NCBI RefSeq assembly: GCF_006345805.1
Contig: NC_043009.1
Location: forward strand, 56,544,001 to 56,608,000
Origin: Octopus sinensis
Taxonomy: Eukaryota
Direction: 5' to 3'
DNA length: 64,000 nucleotides
The notes under the pieces were generated by a model that saw nothing but the letters and a program-made list of their open reading frames with translations, made no database searches and had not been told where the DNA came from. This document shows positions 50,262 to 62,827 of this stretch, piece by piece. Position 1 is the first letter of the stretch, and every line of letters begins with the position of its first letter. A program made the position numbers and the translations under genes.

Positions 50262-50813
50262 GAGTGAGAGAGCAGTTCATGCCATCAAAGTGACACTGGG
50301 GTAAAATATACGAAGCACAGTATACCCATCATGACTACCCGTCTGATAAGGGTACACCAAGCACATGCATCACAACCATATGTGCGCAACATGGTGATCT
50401 CATATCAAGATAAACAGCACATGACCTTGCAGGTGGGGCCCAGTTAGAATTTTCTTCAGGTTGAGTAGCCCATCCCGCTCAAACGGTCCCTGAATAAGGG
50501 TTGTTTAAGGATGTTAAAAAAACCACCCATGTTTCCAGAGGTGAATTATTCAAACCCCAAAGAATCCCTCTCAACACATGGCTATGATGCTCCACCACTA
50601 CTTCTACTCGTGATCAGAGATGTACATATCGTCAGCCACTAAGGGACATTCTCAACTGGTTAAGGTCAAACAACTGACAAGCAAATCTGTGGTATTGAGC
50701 AGAATATTTGCTGTAGCTCATCTTTTATACCAAGACAAAACAATGTACATGATAACACTTCCAATCAGTTAAGATCAGAAGCCATGAGAGCCACTGCCTG
50801 GTACTGCATCAGG
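50262..50813 (-). mobile_element. ~550-bp non-coding repeat embedded in (TTA)n, copy 1
   Basis: Direct repeat of 53127-53684; both ends abut TTA arrays. Confidence 0.85.
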
Positions 50814-50847
50814 TATTATTATTATTATAATTATTATTATTATTATT

Positions 50848-52978
50848 CAGTAGTTTTATTTTTATTTTTATAGCATGCTTTCACTTCACTACCGAGCGCA
50901 GCTCTGTGTGCCTTGGGTATGTGCTGTGATTTGTTGTGATGCTCTGATGGTTATTGTATGGAAAGTGTTCTGCGTAGGATGTGTGCAGTGCCTAGTAGTG
51001 CAATTTTCTGTATGTTATATGTGTTTGTAAGTCCTGGTGTTTTTGTTATGTATTTGTCTGAATATTTTTTTATCATGCCTAATGCACCTACTATGATAGG
51101 AATTGTTTCTGTTTTCAGATTCCACATTCTAGTTACCTCTATTTCCAGGTCTTTGTATTTTGAGAGTTTCTCCATTTCTTTTAGAGACACGTTGTCATCT
51201 GCCGGTACTGATACATCAATTAGAAAGCATTTTTTTTCTTCATGGTCTCTGACAACTATATCTGGTCTGTTGGCCTTAATTTCTCTATCTGTGTGTATCG
51301 GCATATCCCAGAGTATGGTTGCTTTCTCGTTTTCTGTGACCTTTTCTGGTGTGTGCCTATACCATCTTTTTTCTGTTGTTATTCCATAATGTTGGCATAG
51401 CTTCCAATGTATGTAAGTTCCAACTCTGTCATGTCTGTGAATATATTCCTTCTTAGCCAGGACTGGGCAGCTAGAGATAATATGATTTATTGTTTCTTGT
51501 CCATCTCCACATATTCTGCAGTTACTTGTAATATTTCTTTTCATTACATGTTTTTGGTAATTTCTGGTGGGGAGGCTTTGGTCTTGTGCTGCAATTAAAA
51601 ATCCCTCTGTTTCTGCTTTGAGTCCTAAGCTTCTCAACCATTGCTGGGATTTTTCTTTGTCTATTTCTTTTGCGTTTAGTTTAGTCCAGTATTTACCATG
51701 AAGGGGCTTTTCTTGCCATCGTTTTATCATGGTTCGTTGCTGTTCTATTTTTAGTTTGGATTTCATTTTTTTTATAGCTTTTGTTGTTTCTTCATCTTCT
51801 TCTTCTTCTTCATGTTTATTAGGTGGTATGATTTCTTGTTTGTATTTGTCAGCTTCCTTAAATACTGAGAACAGTTTTTTGTTTTGCTCGTGTTTTGCCG
51901 CTATCTGGATCAGTTTTCCTTCCTTCTGAAGTAGATATTTTTGCAGTCCTATGGTGGTTATTTTATAGTAGTTTTCCAGCTGTATAAGGCCTCTACCACC
52001 TTCTATACGTTGTATATATAGTCTTTCTATGTCAGATTTTGGGTGATGCATCCTAGATCCTGTCATTATTTTTCTTGTTTTCCTGTCTATTTTGGTCAGT
52101 TCATTTCGTGTCCAGTTAAGGATATTGTAGCTGTAACTTATAACTGGGACAGCTAAAGTGTTGATACCTATTATCTTGTTTTTAGCATTGAGCTCTGTGT
52201 TTAGTATTGATCTAACTCGTCTATAATATTCTTTTTTTATTTTCTCTTTCATTTGTGTGTGTTGTGTCTTATCTAGTTCATGGATTCCTAAGTATTTGTA
52301 AGTTTGGCTTTGGTCTAATTCTTTTATTTCATTTGCTTCATCTAGTGTGATGTTGTTACTCTTAACTAGTTTTCCTCTTTTCATGGTTACTTTGGCGCAT
52401 TTTTCTAATCCAAATTTCATATCTATTTCTTTGGTAAATCCATGAACTGTCTTTAATAGTGTTTCCAGCTGTTTGTCATTTGCAGCGTATAGTTTTAGGT
52501 CATCCATATATAAAAGGTGGCTGATCGTTTTGCCGTAACATTTATATCCGCATCCAGTTCTATTTAGCATATCAGATAGAGGTGACAGTGCTAAGCAGAA
52601 AAGGAGTGGAGAGAGCGTATCTCCCTGGAATATTCCTCTTCTAATGGGGATGTCTTTGGTTTTCATGAGTCCCTCTTTTGTTTGGAAGTGTAGGACTGTT
52701 TGCCATTTATTCATAGAGTGCTCTATGAATTTTATGATTGTTGGTGCTACTTTGTTAATGGCTAGTGTTTCGAGGATCCATGTGTGGGGGATGCTATCAA
52801 ACGCCTTTTTGTAGTCAATCCAGGCCATACTGAGGCCTTTCTTCTTTCTGTGGCTGTCTTCAGTTATGGCTTTATTAATCATTAGTTGATCTTTACAGCC
52901 ATATGAGCCTTTGCGGCATCCTTTCTGCTCTTCTGGGAACAGTTTGTTTTCGTCCAGGTGCTTGTTCAGCCTTTGTGA

Positions 52979-52980
<2 letters not shown>
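50848..52980 (-). mobile_element. R4/Dong-clade non-LTR retrotransposon (RT + restriction-like endonuclease), 5'-truncated, inserted in (TAA)n
   Basis: Contains the RT+RLE ORF below; a ~100-nt 3'UTR runs into TAA repeats; the 5' end also abuts TAA repeats. Dong elements are known to target TAA. Confidence 0.92.
50951..52882 (-). CDS. Reverse transcriptase-zinc knuckle-RLE polyprotein (C-terminal portion, uninterrupted)
   Basis: WIDYKKAFDS, RGIFQGDTLSPLLF, YMDDLKL, YKYLG, CRIC..ETINHIISSC, RHD, RPDIVV..LIDVSVP..KLSKY; the frame stays open upstream to the truncation at ~52980. Confidence 0.93.
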   Translation of the reverse strand: MINKAITEDSHRKKKGLSMAWIDYKKAFDSIPHTWILETLAINKVAPTIIKFIEHSMNKWQTVLHFQTKEGLMKTKDIPIRRGIFQGDTLSPLLFCLALSPLSDMLNRTGCGYKCYGKTISHLLYMDDLKLYAANDKQLETLLKTVHGFTKEIDMKFGLEKCAKVTMKRGKLVKSNNITLDEANEIKELDQSQTYKYLGIHELDKTQHTQMKEKIKKEYYRRVRSILNTELNAKNKIIGINTLAVPVISYSYNILNWTRNELTKIDRKTRKIMTGSRMHHPKSDIERLYIQRIEGGRGLIQLENYYKITTIGLQKYLLQKEGKLIQIAAKHEQNKKLFSVFKEADKYKQEIIPPNKHEEEEEDEETTKAIKKMKSKLKIEQQRTMIKRWQEKPLHGKYWTKLNAKEIDKEKSQQWLRSLGLKAETEGFLIAAQDQSLPTRNYQKHVMKRNITSNCRICGDGQETINHIISSCPVLAKKEYIHRHDRVGTYIHWKLCQHYGITTEKRWYRHTPEKVTENEKATILWDMPIHTDREIKANRPDIVVRDHEEKKCFLIDVSVPADDNVSLKEMEKLSKYKDLEIEVTRMWNLKTETIPIIVGALGMIKKYSDKYITKTPGLTNTYNIQKIALLGTAHILRRTLSIQ

Positions 52981-53031
<51 letters not shown>

Positions 53032-53055
53032 TATTATTATTATTATTATTAATAA

Positions 53056-53126
<71 letters not shown>

Positions 53127-53684
53127 GAGTGAGAGAGCAGTGCATGCCATCAAAGTGACACTGGGGTAAAATATACAAAGCCCAGAATACCCATCATGAC
53201 TACCCGTCTGATAAGGGTTCACTAGGCACATGCATCAGAACAATATGTGCGCGACATGATGATCTCATATCAAGATAAACAGCACATGACCTTGCAGGTG
53301 GGGCCCAGTTAGAATTTTCTTATGGTCGAATAACCCATCCCGCTCAAAAGGTCCCTGAATAAGGGTTGTTTAAGGATGTTGAAAGAAACACCCATGTTCC
53401 CAGAGGTGAATTATTCAAACCTCAAAGAATCCCTCTCAACACATGGCTATGATGCTCCCCCACTACTTCTGCTCGTGATCAGAGATGCACATATCGTCAG
53501 CCATTAAGGGACATGGTCAACTGGTTAAGGTCAAACAACTAACAAGCAAATCTGTGGTATTGAGCAGAATGTTTGCTGTAGCCCATCTTTTTTTTTTACC
53601 AAGATAAAATAATGTACATGATAACACTTACAATCAGTTAAGATCAGAAGCCATGAGAGCCTCTGACTGGTACTGCATCAGGCC
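53127..53684 (-). mobile_element. ~550-bp non-coding repeat embedded in (TTA)n, copy 2
   Basis: Direct repeat of 50262-50813. Confidence 0.85.
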
Positions 53685-54221
53685 ATTTATTATTATTATT
53701 ATCATCATCATCATCATCATCATTATCATCATCATCATCATCATCATCATCAGTAGTAGTAGTAGTAGTATCATTATTATTATCTAAATCTCTCTGTTAA
53801 ACAATGATCACAATGAGCAGACTTCACTCGCACTATGTATATGTACAGAACTACATACAAATGTAAGTGCACGCGTGCGTCTATGTGTGGGTACAAAGAG
53901 AACACAAGACAGATAGTTAGAGTAATACAGATTTACACATCTACATATATGTTTTGCTACGGTTTTGCCTTTGTACGTTTATTTTCATTCTTTTTTTCTT
54001 TTTCTGTCTTCAGTTTCTTTGTCATTTTCGTCCTTACCACTCCTAAAGAATCTCGTCCTCACCACTCCACGAACAAATACTGCGTTCTAAGAATATCAGC
54101 TTCTCAGACTCAGCACCAACTGTTAGACTTTCTAAAGTAAATTTACCTGGTCAAACTATAGATTAGTTTAGTTCCATACTTTTAATTAAAAACAAGATTA
54201 TTATACAATATCAAGGAAATG

Positions 54222-57200
54222 AGCCTCTTTGATCTCTGTCGGCACACTCTTTGTCAAATCGTCTCACACTTGTGTCAGCACCCTCTTTGATCTCTGTCGG
54301 CACCATCTTTGATCTCTGGCGGCGCCCTCTTTGATCTCTGTCGGCACTCTCTTTTATCTCTATTGGCATCCTCTTTGATCTCTGTCGGCACTCTCTTTGA
54401 TCTCTGTCGGCACGCTCTTTGATCTCTGTGGGCACGCTCTTTGATCTCTGACGACACCCTCTTTGATCTCTGTCAGCACTCTCTTTGATCTCTGCCGGCA
54501 CTCTCTTTTATCTCTGTCGGCATCCTCTTCGATCTCTGTCGAAACTCTCTTTGATCTCTGTCGGCACGCTCTTTGATCTCTTTCGGCACCCTATTTGATC
54601 TCTGGAATGTGAAGAATGTCTGGAATGTCAGGAATGTCTGGAATGTATGGAATGTCAGGAATGTCTGGAATGTATGGAATGTCAGCAACGTCTTTGATCT
54701 CTGTCGGCACTCTCTTTGATCTCTGTCGGCATCCTCTTTGATCTCTGTCGGCACACTCTTTGATCTCTGTCGACACGCTCTTTGATCTCTGTCGGCACGC
54801 TCATTGATGTCTGTCGGCACGCTCTTTGAACTCTGTCGGCACCCTCTTTGATCTATGTCGGCACGCCCTTAGATCTCTTTCGGCACACTATTTGATGTAT
54901 GTCGGCACCCTCTTTGATCTCTGTCGGCACCCTCTTTGATCTCTGCCGGCACTCTCTTTGATCAATGTCGGAACCGTCTTTGATCTCTGGAATGTATGGA
55001 ATGCCAGGAATGTCTGGAATGTCAGGAATGTCTGGAATGTAAGGAATGTCTGGAATGTCAGGATGTAAGGAATGTCAAGAATGTATGGAATGTCAGGAAT
55101 GTCAGGAATGTCTGGAATGTAAGGAATGTCTGGAATGTCAGGGATGTCAGGAATGTCAAGAATGTATGGAATGTCCGGATGTCGGCATCCTCTTTGATCT
55201 CTGTCGGCACTCTCTTTGATCTCTGTCGACACGCTCTATGATCTCTGTCGGCACGCTCTTTGATGTCTGTCGGCACTCTCTTTGATCTCTTTCAGCACGC
55301 TCTTTGATCAATGTCGGCACGCTCTTTGATCTCTTTTGCATCACTTTGATATCTGCCGGCACTCTCTTTTATCTCCGTCGACATCCTCTTTGTTCTCTGT
55401 CGGCAAGCTCTTTGATCTCTGTCGACACGCTCTTTGATCTCTTTCGGCACCCTCTTTGATCTCCGTCGGCACCCTCTTTGATCTCTTTCAGCACGCTCTT
55501 TGATCTCCGTCGGTACCCTCTTTAATCTCATTCGGCACACTCTTTGATCTCTGTCGGCACCCTCTTTGATCTCTGGAATATCTGGAATGTCAGGAATGTC
55601 TGGAATGTCAGGAATGTCCGGAGTGTCAGGAATGTCAGGAGAGTCAGGAATGTCAGGAATATCTGGAATGTATGGAATGTCTGGAATGTCAGGAATGTCC
55701 GGAATGTCTGGAATGTCAGGGATCTCTGGAATGTCTGGAATGTCAGCAACGTCTTTGATCTCTGTCGGCACCCTATTTGATCTCTGTCGGCACTCTCTTT
55801 GAAATCTGTCCGCAATCTCTTTGATCTCTGTCGGCACAGTCTTTGATCTCTGTCGGCACACTCATTGATCTCAGCCGGCACTCTCTTTTATCTCTGTCGG
55901 CATCCTCTTTGATCTATGTCGGCATCCTCTTTGATCTCTGGAATGTCTGGAATGTCTGGAATGTCAGGAATATCTGGAATGTCAGGAATGTCAGCACCGT
56001 CTTTTATCTTCGTCGACAACCACTTTGATCTCTGTCGGCACTCTCTTTGATCTATGTCGGCATCCTCTTTGATATCTGTCGGCACCGTCTTTGATCTCTC
56101 TCGGCACTCTGTTTTGATCTCTGTCGGAACGCTCTTTCATCTCTTTCGACACCCTCTTTGATCTCTGTCGGCACTCTCTTTGATCTCTGCCGAAACTCTC
56201 TTTGATCAATGTCGGCACGCTCTTTGATCTCTGTCGGCTCTCTCTTTGATCTCTGCCGTCATTCTCTTTTATCTCTGTCGGCATCCTCTTTGATCTCTCT
56301 CGGCACACTCTTTGATCTCTTTCGGCACCCTATTCGATCTCCGTCGACACCCTCTTTGATCTCTGTCGGCACCCTCTTTGATCTCTGGAATATCTGGAAT
56401 GTCTGGTATGTGTGTAATGTCAAGAATGTCTGGAATGTCAGGAATGTCTGGAATGTCAGGAATGTCTGGAGTGTCAGGAATGTCAGGAGAGTCAGGAATG
56501 GCAGGAATGTATGGAATGTATGGAATGTATGGAATGTCAGGAATGTCCGGAATGTCTGGAATGTCAAGGATCTCTGGAATGACTGGAATGTCAGGAATGT
56601 CAGCAACGTCTTTGATCTCTGTCGGCGCCCTATTTGATCTCTGTCGGCACTCTCTTTGAAATCTGTCCGCATTCTCTTTGATCTCTGTCGGCACCGTCTT
56701 TGATCTCTGTCGGCACACTCTTTGATCTCTGCCGGCACTCTCTTTTATCTCTGTCGGCATCCTCTTTGATCTCTCTCGGCACAATCTTTGATCTCTTTCG
56801 GCACCCTCTTCGATCTCCGTCGACACCCTGTTTGATCTCTGTCGGCACCATCTTTGATCTCATTCGGCACCCTCTTTGATATCTTTCGGCACCCTCTTTG
56901 ATCTCTCGGCACCCTCTTTGATCTCTGGAATATCTGGAACGTCTGGTATGTGTGTAATGTCAAGAATGTCTGGAATGTCAGGAATGTCTGGAATGTCAGG
57001 AATGTCTGGAGTGTCAGGAATGTCAGGAGAGTCAGGAATGGCAGGAATGTATGGAATGTCAGGAATGTCCGGAATGTCTGGAATGTCAGGGATCTCTGGA
57101 ATGACTGGAATGTCAGGAATGTCAGCAACGTCTTTGATCTCTGTCGGCACCCTATTTGATCTCTGTCGGCACTCTCTTTGAAATCTGTCCATATTCTCTT

Positions 57201-58459
57201 CGATCTCTGTCGGCACCGTCTTTGATCTCTGTCGGCACACTCTTTGATCTCAGCCGGCACTCTCTTTTATCTCTGTCGGCATCCTCTTTGATCTTTGTCG
57301 GCGCACTCTTTGAGGTCTGCCGGCACTCTCTTTTATATCTGTCGGCATCCTCTTTGATCTCTATCGGCACTCCCTTTTATCTCTGTCGGCACTCTCTTTG
57401 ATCTCTGCGACACTCTCTTTTATCTCTGTCGGCATCCTCTTTGATCTCTCTCGGCACTCTCTTTGATCTCTTGCGGCACCCTCTTTGATTTCCGCCGACA
57501 CCTCTTTGATCTATGTCGGAACCCTCTTTGATCTCTGTCTTCACCCTCTTTGATCTCTGTCGGCACCGTCTTTGATCTCTGGAATGTCTGGAATGTCAAG
57601 AATGTGTGGAATGTCAGGAATGTCAGGAATGTCTGGAATGTCAGGAATGTCAGGAATGTCAGGAATTTCAGGAATGCCAGGAATTTGAGGAATGCCAGGA
57701 ATGTCAGGAATGTCTGGAATGTCAGGAATGTCTGGAATGTATGGAATGTTAGGAATGTCCGGATGTCTGGAATGTCAGGAATGTCAGCAATGTCTTTGAT
57801 CTCTGTCCGCACTCTCTCTGATCTCTGTCGGTACTCTCTTTCATCTCTGCCGGCACTCTCTTTTATCTCTGTCGGCATCCTCTTTGATCTCTCTCGGCAC
57901 TCTCTTTGATCTCTTTCGGCACCCTCTTTGATATCCGTCGACACCCTCTTTGATCTCTGTCGGCACCCTCTTTGATCTCTTTTGGCACCAACTTTGATCT
58001 CTGTCGGCACCCTCTATGATCTCTTTCGGCACCCTCTTTGATCTCTGTGGGCACCCTCTTTGATCTCTGGAATGTCTGGAATGTCAAGAATTCCAGATAT
58101 CAAAGAGGGTGCCGACAGAGATCAAAGAGAGTGCCGAAAGAGATCAAAGAGGGTGCCGACAGATATCAAAGAGGGTGTCGACGGATATCAAAAAGGGTGC
58201 CGGCAGAGATCAAAGAGAGTGCCGAGAGAGATCAAAGAGGATGCCAACAGAGATACAAGAGAGTGCCGGCTGAGATCAAAGAGTGTGCCGACAGAGATCA
58301 AAGAGGATGCAGACAGAGATCAAAGAGAATGCGGACAGATTTCAAAGAGAGTGCCGATAGAGATCAAATAGGGTGCCGACAGAGATCAAAGACGTTGCAA
58401 GAATGTCTGGAATGTCAGGAATGTCTGGAATGTCAGGAATGTCAGGAATTTCAGGAATG
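54222..58459. repeat. Composite satellite: blocks of ~22-bp CTCTTTGATCTCTGTCGGCAC(N) alternating with blocks of 9-bp GGAATGTC(A/T)
   Basis: Directly visible, with higher-order block copies and one inverted block at ~58091-58398. Confidence 0.97.
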
Positions 58460-59050
58460 TTGCTGTTCTGTTTTTACTTGCTGTTCTATTTTTAGTTTAT
58501 TTGTTCTATTTTTAGTCGCTGTTCTATTTTTAGTTTATTTGTCCAATTTTTAGTTTATTTGTCCTATTTTGAGTTTATTTGTCCTATTTTTAGTTTATTT
58601 CTCCTATTTTAAATTTATTTGTTCTATTTTAAGTTTATTTGTCCTAATTTTAGATGCTGTTCTATTTTTAGTTTATTTGTTCTATTTTTAGTTGCTGTTC
58701 TATTTTTAGTTTATTTGTTCTATTTTTAGTTGCTGTTCTATTTTTAGTTTATTTGTTCTATTCTTAGTTGCTGTTCTATTTTTAGTTGCTGTTCAATTTT
58801 TGGTTTATTTGTTCTATTTTTTGTTGCTGTTCTAATTTTAGTTTACTTGTAATATGTTTAGCTGCTGTTCTATTTTTAGTTTATTTGTCCTATTTTTAGT
58901 TTATTTGTTCTATTTTTAGTTTATTTTTCCTATTCTTAGTTGCTGTTCTATTTTTACTTTATTTCTTCTATTTTTAGTTTATTTGTCCTAATTTTAGTTG
59001 CTGTTCTATTTTTAGTTTATTTGTCCTATTTTTAGTTTGTCCTATTTTTA
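58460..59050. repeat. Satellite of mixed 17/20-bp units (GTTGCTGTTCTATTTTTA / GTTTATTTGTTCTATTTTTA)
   Basis: Directly visible; repeated at 63031-63470. Confidence 0.95.
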
Positions 59051-60147
59051 TAGCTTCTATTTATTGTTTCTATTTATTGTTTCTATTTATAGCTACTATT
59101 TATAGATTCTATTTATAGATTCTATTTATAGATACTATTTATAGATTCTATTTATAGATTCTATTTATAGATTGTATTTATAGATTCTATTTATAGATTC
59201 TATTTATTTATTTATTTATTTATTCATTTATAGATTCTATTTATAGATTCAATTTATAGATTCTATTTATAGATACTATTTATAGATTCTATTTACAGAT
59301 TCTATTTATAGATTCTATTTATAGATTCTATTTATAGGTTCTATTTATAGATACTATTTATTTATTTATTTATTTATTTCTTTATAGATTCTATTTATAG
59401 ATTCTATTTATAGATTCTATTTATAGATACTCTTTATTTATTTATTTATGTATTTATTTAGAGATTCTATTTATAGATTCTATTTATTTATTTATTTATT
59501 TATAAATTCTATTTATAGATTCTATTTATAGATTCTATTTATAGATTCTATTTATTTATTTATTTGTTTATTTCTTTATTTATAGATTCTATTTATAGAT
59601 TCTATTTATAGATTCTATTTATTTATTTATATATTTATTTATAAATAGAATCTATAAATTGAATCTATAAATAGTATCTATAAATAGAATCATTAAATTG
59701 CATCTATAAATAGAATCTATGAATAAATAAATAAATAAATAAATAAATACATGAATAGAATCTATAAATAGAATCTATAAATAGAATCTATAAATAAATA
59801 AATAAATAAATAATAAATAAATAGAATCTATAAATAGAATCTATAAATAGAATCTATAAATAAATAAATAAATGAATAAATAAATAAATAAATAAATAAA
59901 GAAATAGAATCTATAAAAAGAATCAATAAATAGAATCTATAAATAGAATCTATAAATAAATAAATAAATAAAGAAATAGAATCTATAAATAAATAAATAA
60001 ATAAATAGAATCTATAGATAAATAAATAAATAAATAGAATCTATAAATAGAATCTATAAATAGAATCTATAAATAGAATCTATAAATAGAATCAATAAAT
60101 AGTATCTATAAATAGAATCATTAAATAGTATCTATAAATAGAATCTA

Positions 60148-60182
<35 letters not shown>

Positions 60183-62445
60183 ATACATGAATAGAATCTA
60201 TAAATAGAATCATTAAATAGAATCTATAAATAGAATCTATAAATAGAATCTATAAATAGAATCTATAAATAAATAAATAAATAAATAAATAAATACATGA
60301 ATAGAATCTATAAATAGAATCATTAAATAGAATCAATAAATAGAATCATTAAATAGTATCTATAAAAATAATCTATAAATAAATAAATATATAAATAAAT
60401 AAATACATGAAAAGAATCTATAAATAGAATCTATAAATAGAATCAATAAATAGAATCTATAAATAAATAAATAAATAAATAAATAAATAGTATCTATAAA
60501 GAGAATCTATAAATAGAATCTATAAATAGAATCAATAAATAGAATCTATAAATAGAATCTATAAATAGAATCTATAAATAGAATCTATAAAAAGAATCAA
60601 TAAATAGAATCTATAAATAAAAAAATAAAGAAATAAATAGAATCTATAAATGGAATCAATAAATAGAATCTATAAATAAAAAATAAAAACAGAAATAAAT
60701 ATATAAATAGAATCTATAAATAGAATCTAAAAATAGAATCTATAAATAGAATCTATAAATAAATAAATAAATAAAGAAATAGAATCTATAAATAAAAAAA
60801 TAAATAAATAAATAGAATCTATAAATAAATAAATAAATAAATAGAATGTATAAATAGAATCTATAAATAGAATCTATAAATAGAATCTATCAATAGAATC
60901 TATAAATAGAATCTATAAATAGTATCTATAAATAGAATCATTAAATAGTATCTATAAATAGAATCTATAAATAAATAAATAAATAAATAAATAAATACAT
61001 GAATAGAATCTATAAATAGAATCATTAAATAGAATCTATAAATAGAATCATTAAATAGTATCTATAAATGGAATCTATAAATAAATAAATAAATAAATAA
61101 ATAAATACATGAATAGAATCTATAAATAGAATCTATAAATAGAATCTATAAATAGAATCTATAATTAGAATCTATAAATAGAATCTATAAGTAGAATAAA
61201 TAAATAGAATCTATAAATAAATAAATAAATAAATAAATAAATAGTATCTATAAATAGAATCTATAAATAGAATCTATAAATAGAATCTATAAATAGAATC
61301 AATAAATAGAATCTATAAATAAAAAAATAAAGAAATAAATAGAATCTACAAATAGAATCAATAAATAGAATCTATAAATAAATAAATAAAAAAATAAATA
61401 TATATATAAATAGAATCTATAAATAGAATCTATAAATAAATAAATAAATAAATAGTATCAATAATAGAATCTATAAATAGAATCTATAAATAAATCTATA
61501 AATAGTATCTATAAATAGAATCTATAAATATTAACTATAAATAGAATCTATAAATAAATAAATAAATAAATAAATAAATAGAATCTATAAATAGAATCTA
61601 TAAATAGAATCTATAAATAGAATCTATAAATAGAATCTTTAAATAGAATCTATAAATAAATAAATAAATAAATAACTAAATAGAATCTATAAATAGAATC
61701 TATAAATAGAATCTATAAATAAAAATATAAATAGAATCTATAAATAGAATCTATAAATAGAATTTATAAATAAAAAAATGAATAAATAAATAAATAAATG
61801 AATAAAAAGTATCTATAAATAGAATCTATAAATTAATAAATAAATAAAAAAATAAATATATAGTATCTATAAATAGAATCTATAAATAGTATCTATAAAT
61901 AGAATCTATAAATAGAATCTATAAATAAAATAAATAAATAAATAAATAAATAGTATCTATAAATAGAATCTATAAATAGAATCTATAAATAGAATCATTA
62001 AATTGCATCTATAAATAGAATCTATGAATAAATAAATAAATAAATAAATACATGAATAGAATCTATAAATAGAATCTATAAATAGAATCTATAAATAAAT
62101 AAATGAATAAATAAATAAATAAATAGAATCTAGAAATAGAATCTATAAATAGAATCTATAAATAAATAAACAAATGAATAAATAAATAAATAAATAAATA
62201 AAGAGAATCTATAAATAGAATCAATAAATAGAATCTATAAATAGAATCTATAAATAAATAAATAAATAAAGGAAAAGAATCTATAAATAAATAAATAAAT
62301 AAATAGAATCTATAAATAAATAAATAAATAAATAGAATCTATAAATAGAATCTATAAATAGAATCTATAAATAGAATCTATAAATAGAATCTATAAATAG
62401 TATCTATAAATAGAATCATTAAATAGTATCTATAAATAGAATCTA

Positions 62446-62480
<35 letters not shown>

Positions 62481-62796
62481 ATACAGGAATAGTATCTATA
62501 AATAGAATCATTAAATAGAATCTATAAATAGAATCTATAAATAGAATCTATAAATAGAATCTTTAAATAAATAAATCAATAAATAAATAAATACATGAAT
62601 AGAATCTATAAATAGAATCATTAAATAGAATCTATAAATAGAATCATTAAATAGTATCTATAAATAGAATCTATATATAAATAAATAAATAAATAAATAC
62701 ATGAATAGAATCTATAAATAGAATCTATAAATAGAATTCTATAAATAGAATCTATAAATAGAATCTATAAATAGAATCAATAAATAGAATCTATAA

Positions 62797-62827
<31 letters not shown>

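Noticed and set aside
50958-51929. Plus-strand ORFs opposite the Dong ORF (also 11262-11615 and 18141-18428)
   Set aside because: Antisense shadows of the retrotransposon coding frame.
50262-53684. Reading the two 550-bp direct repeats as LTRs of the RT ORF
   Set aside because: No TG...CA ends, PBS or PPT; they are separated from the ORF by TTA arrays; the protein is a non-LTR RT with an RLE domain.
54222-58459. CRISPR-like appearance of regularly spaced repeats
   Set aside because: Units are contiguous with no unique spacers, there are no cas genes, and the context is eukaryotic.
54211-58553. Many ORFs with RQRSKRVPTEIKEGADRDQ and DIP repeats
   Set aside because: Stop-free translations of the 22-bp and 9-bp satellites in several frames with frequent frame changes; no gene structure.
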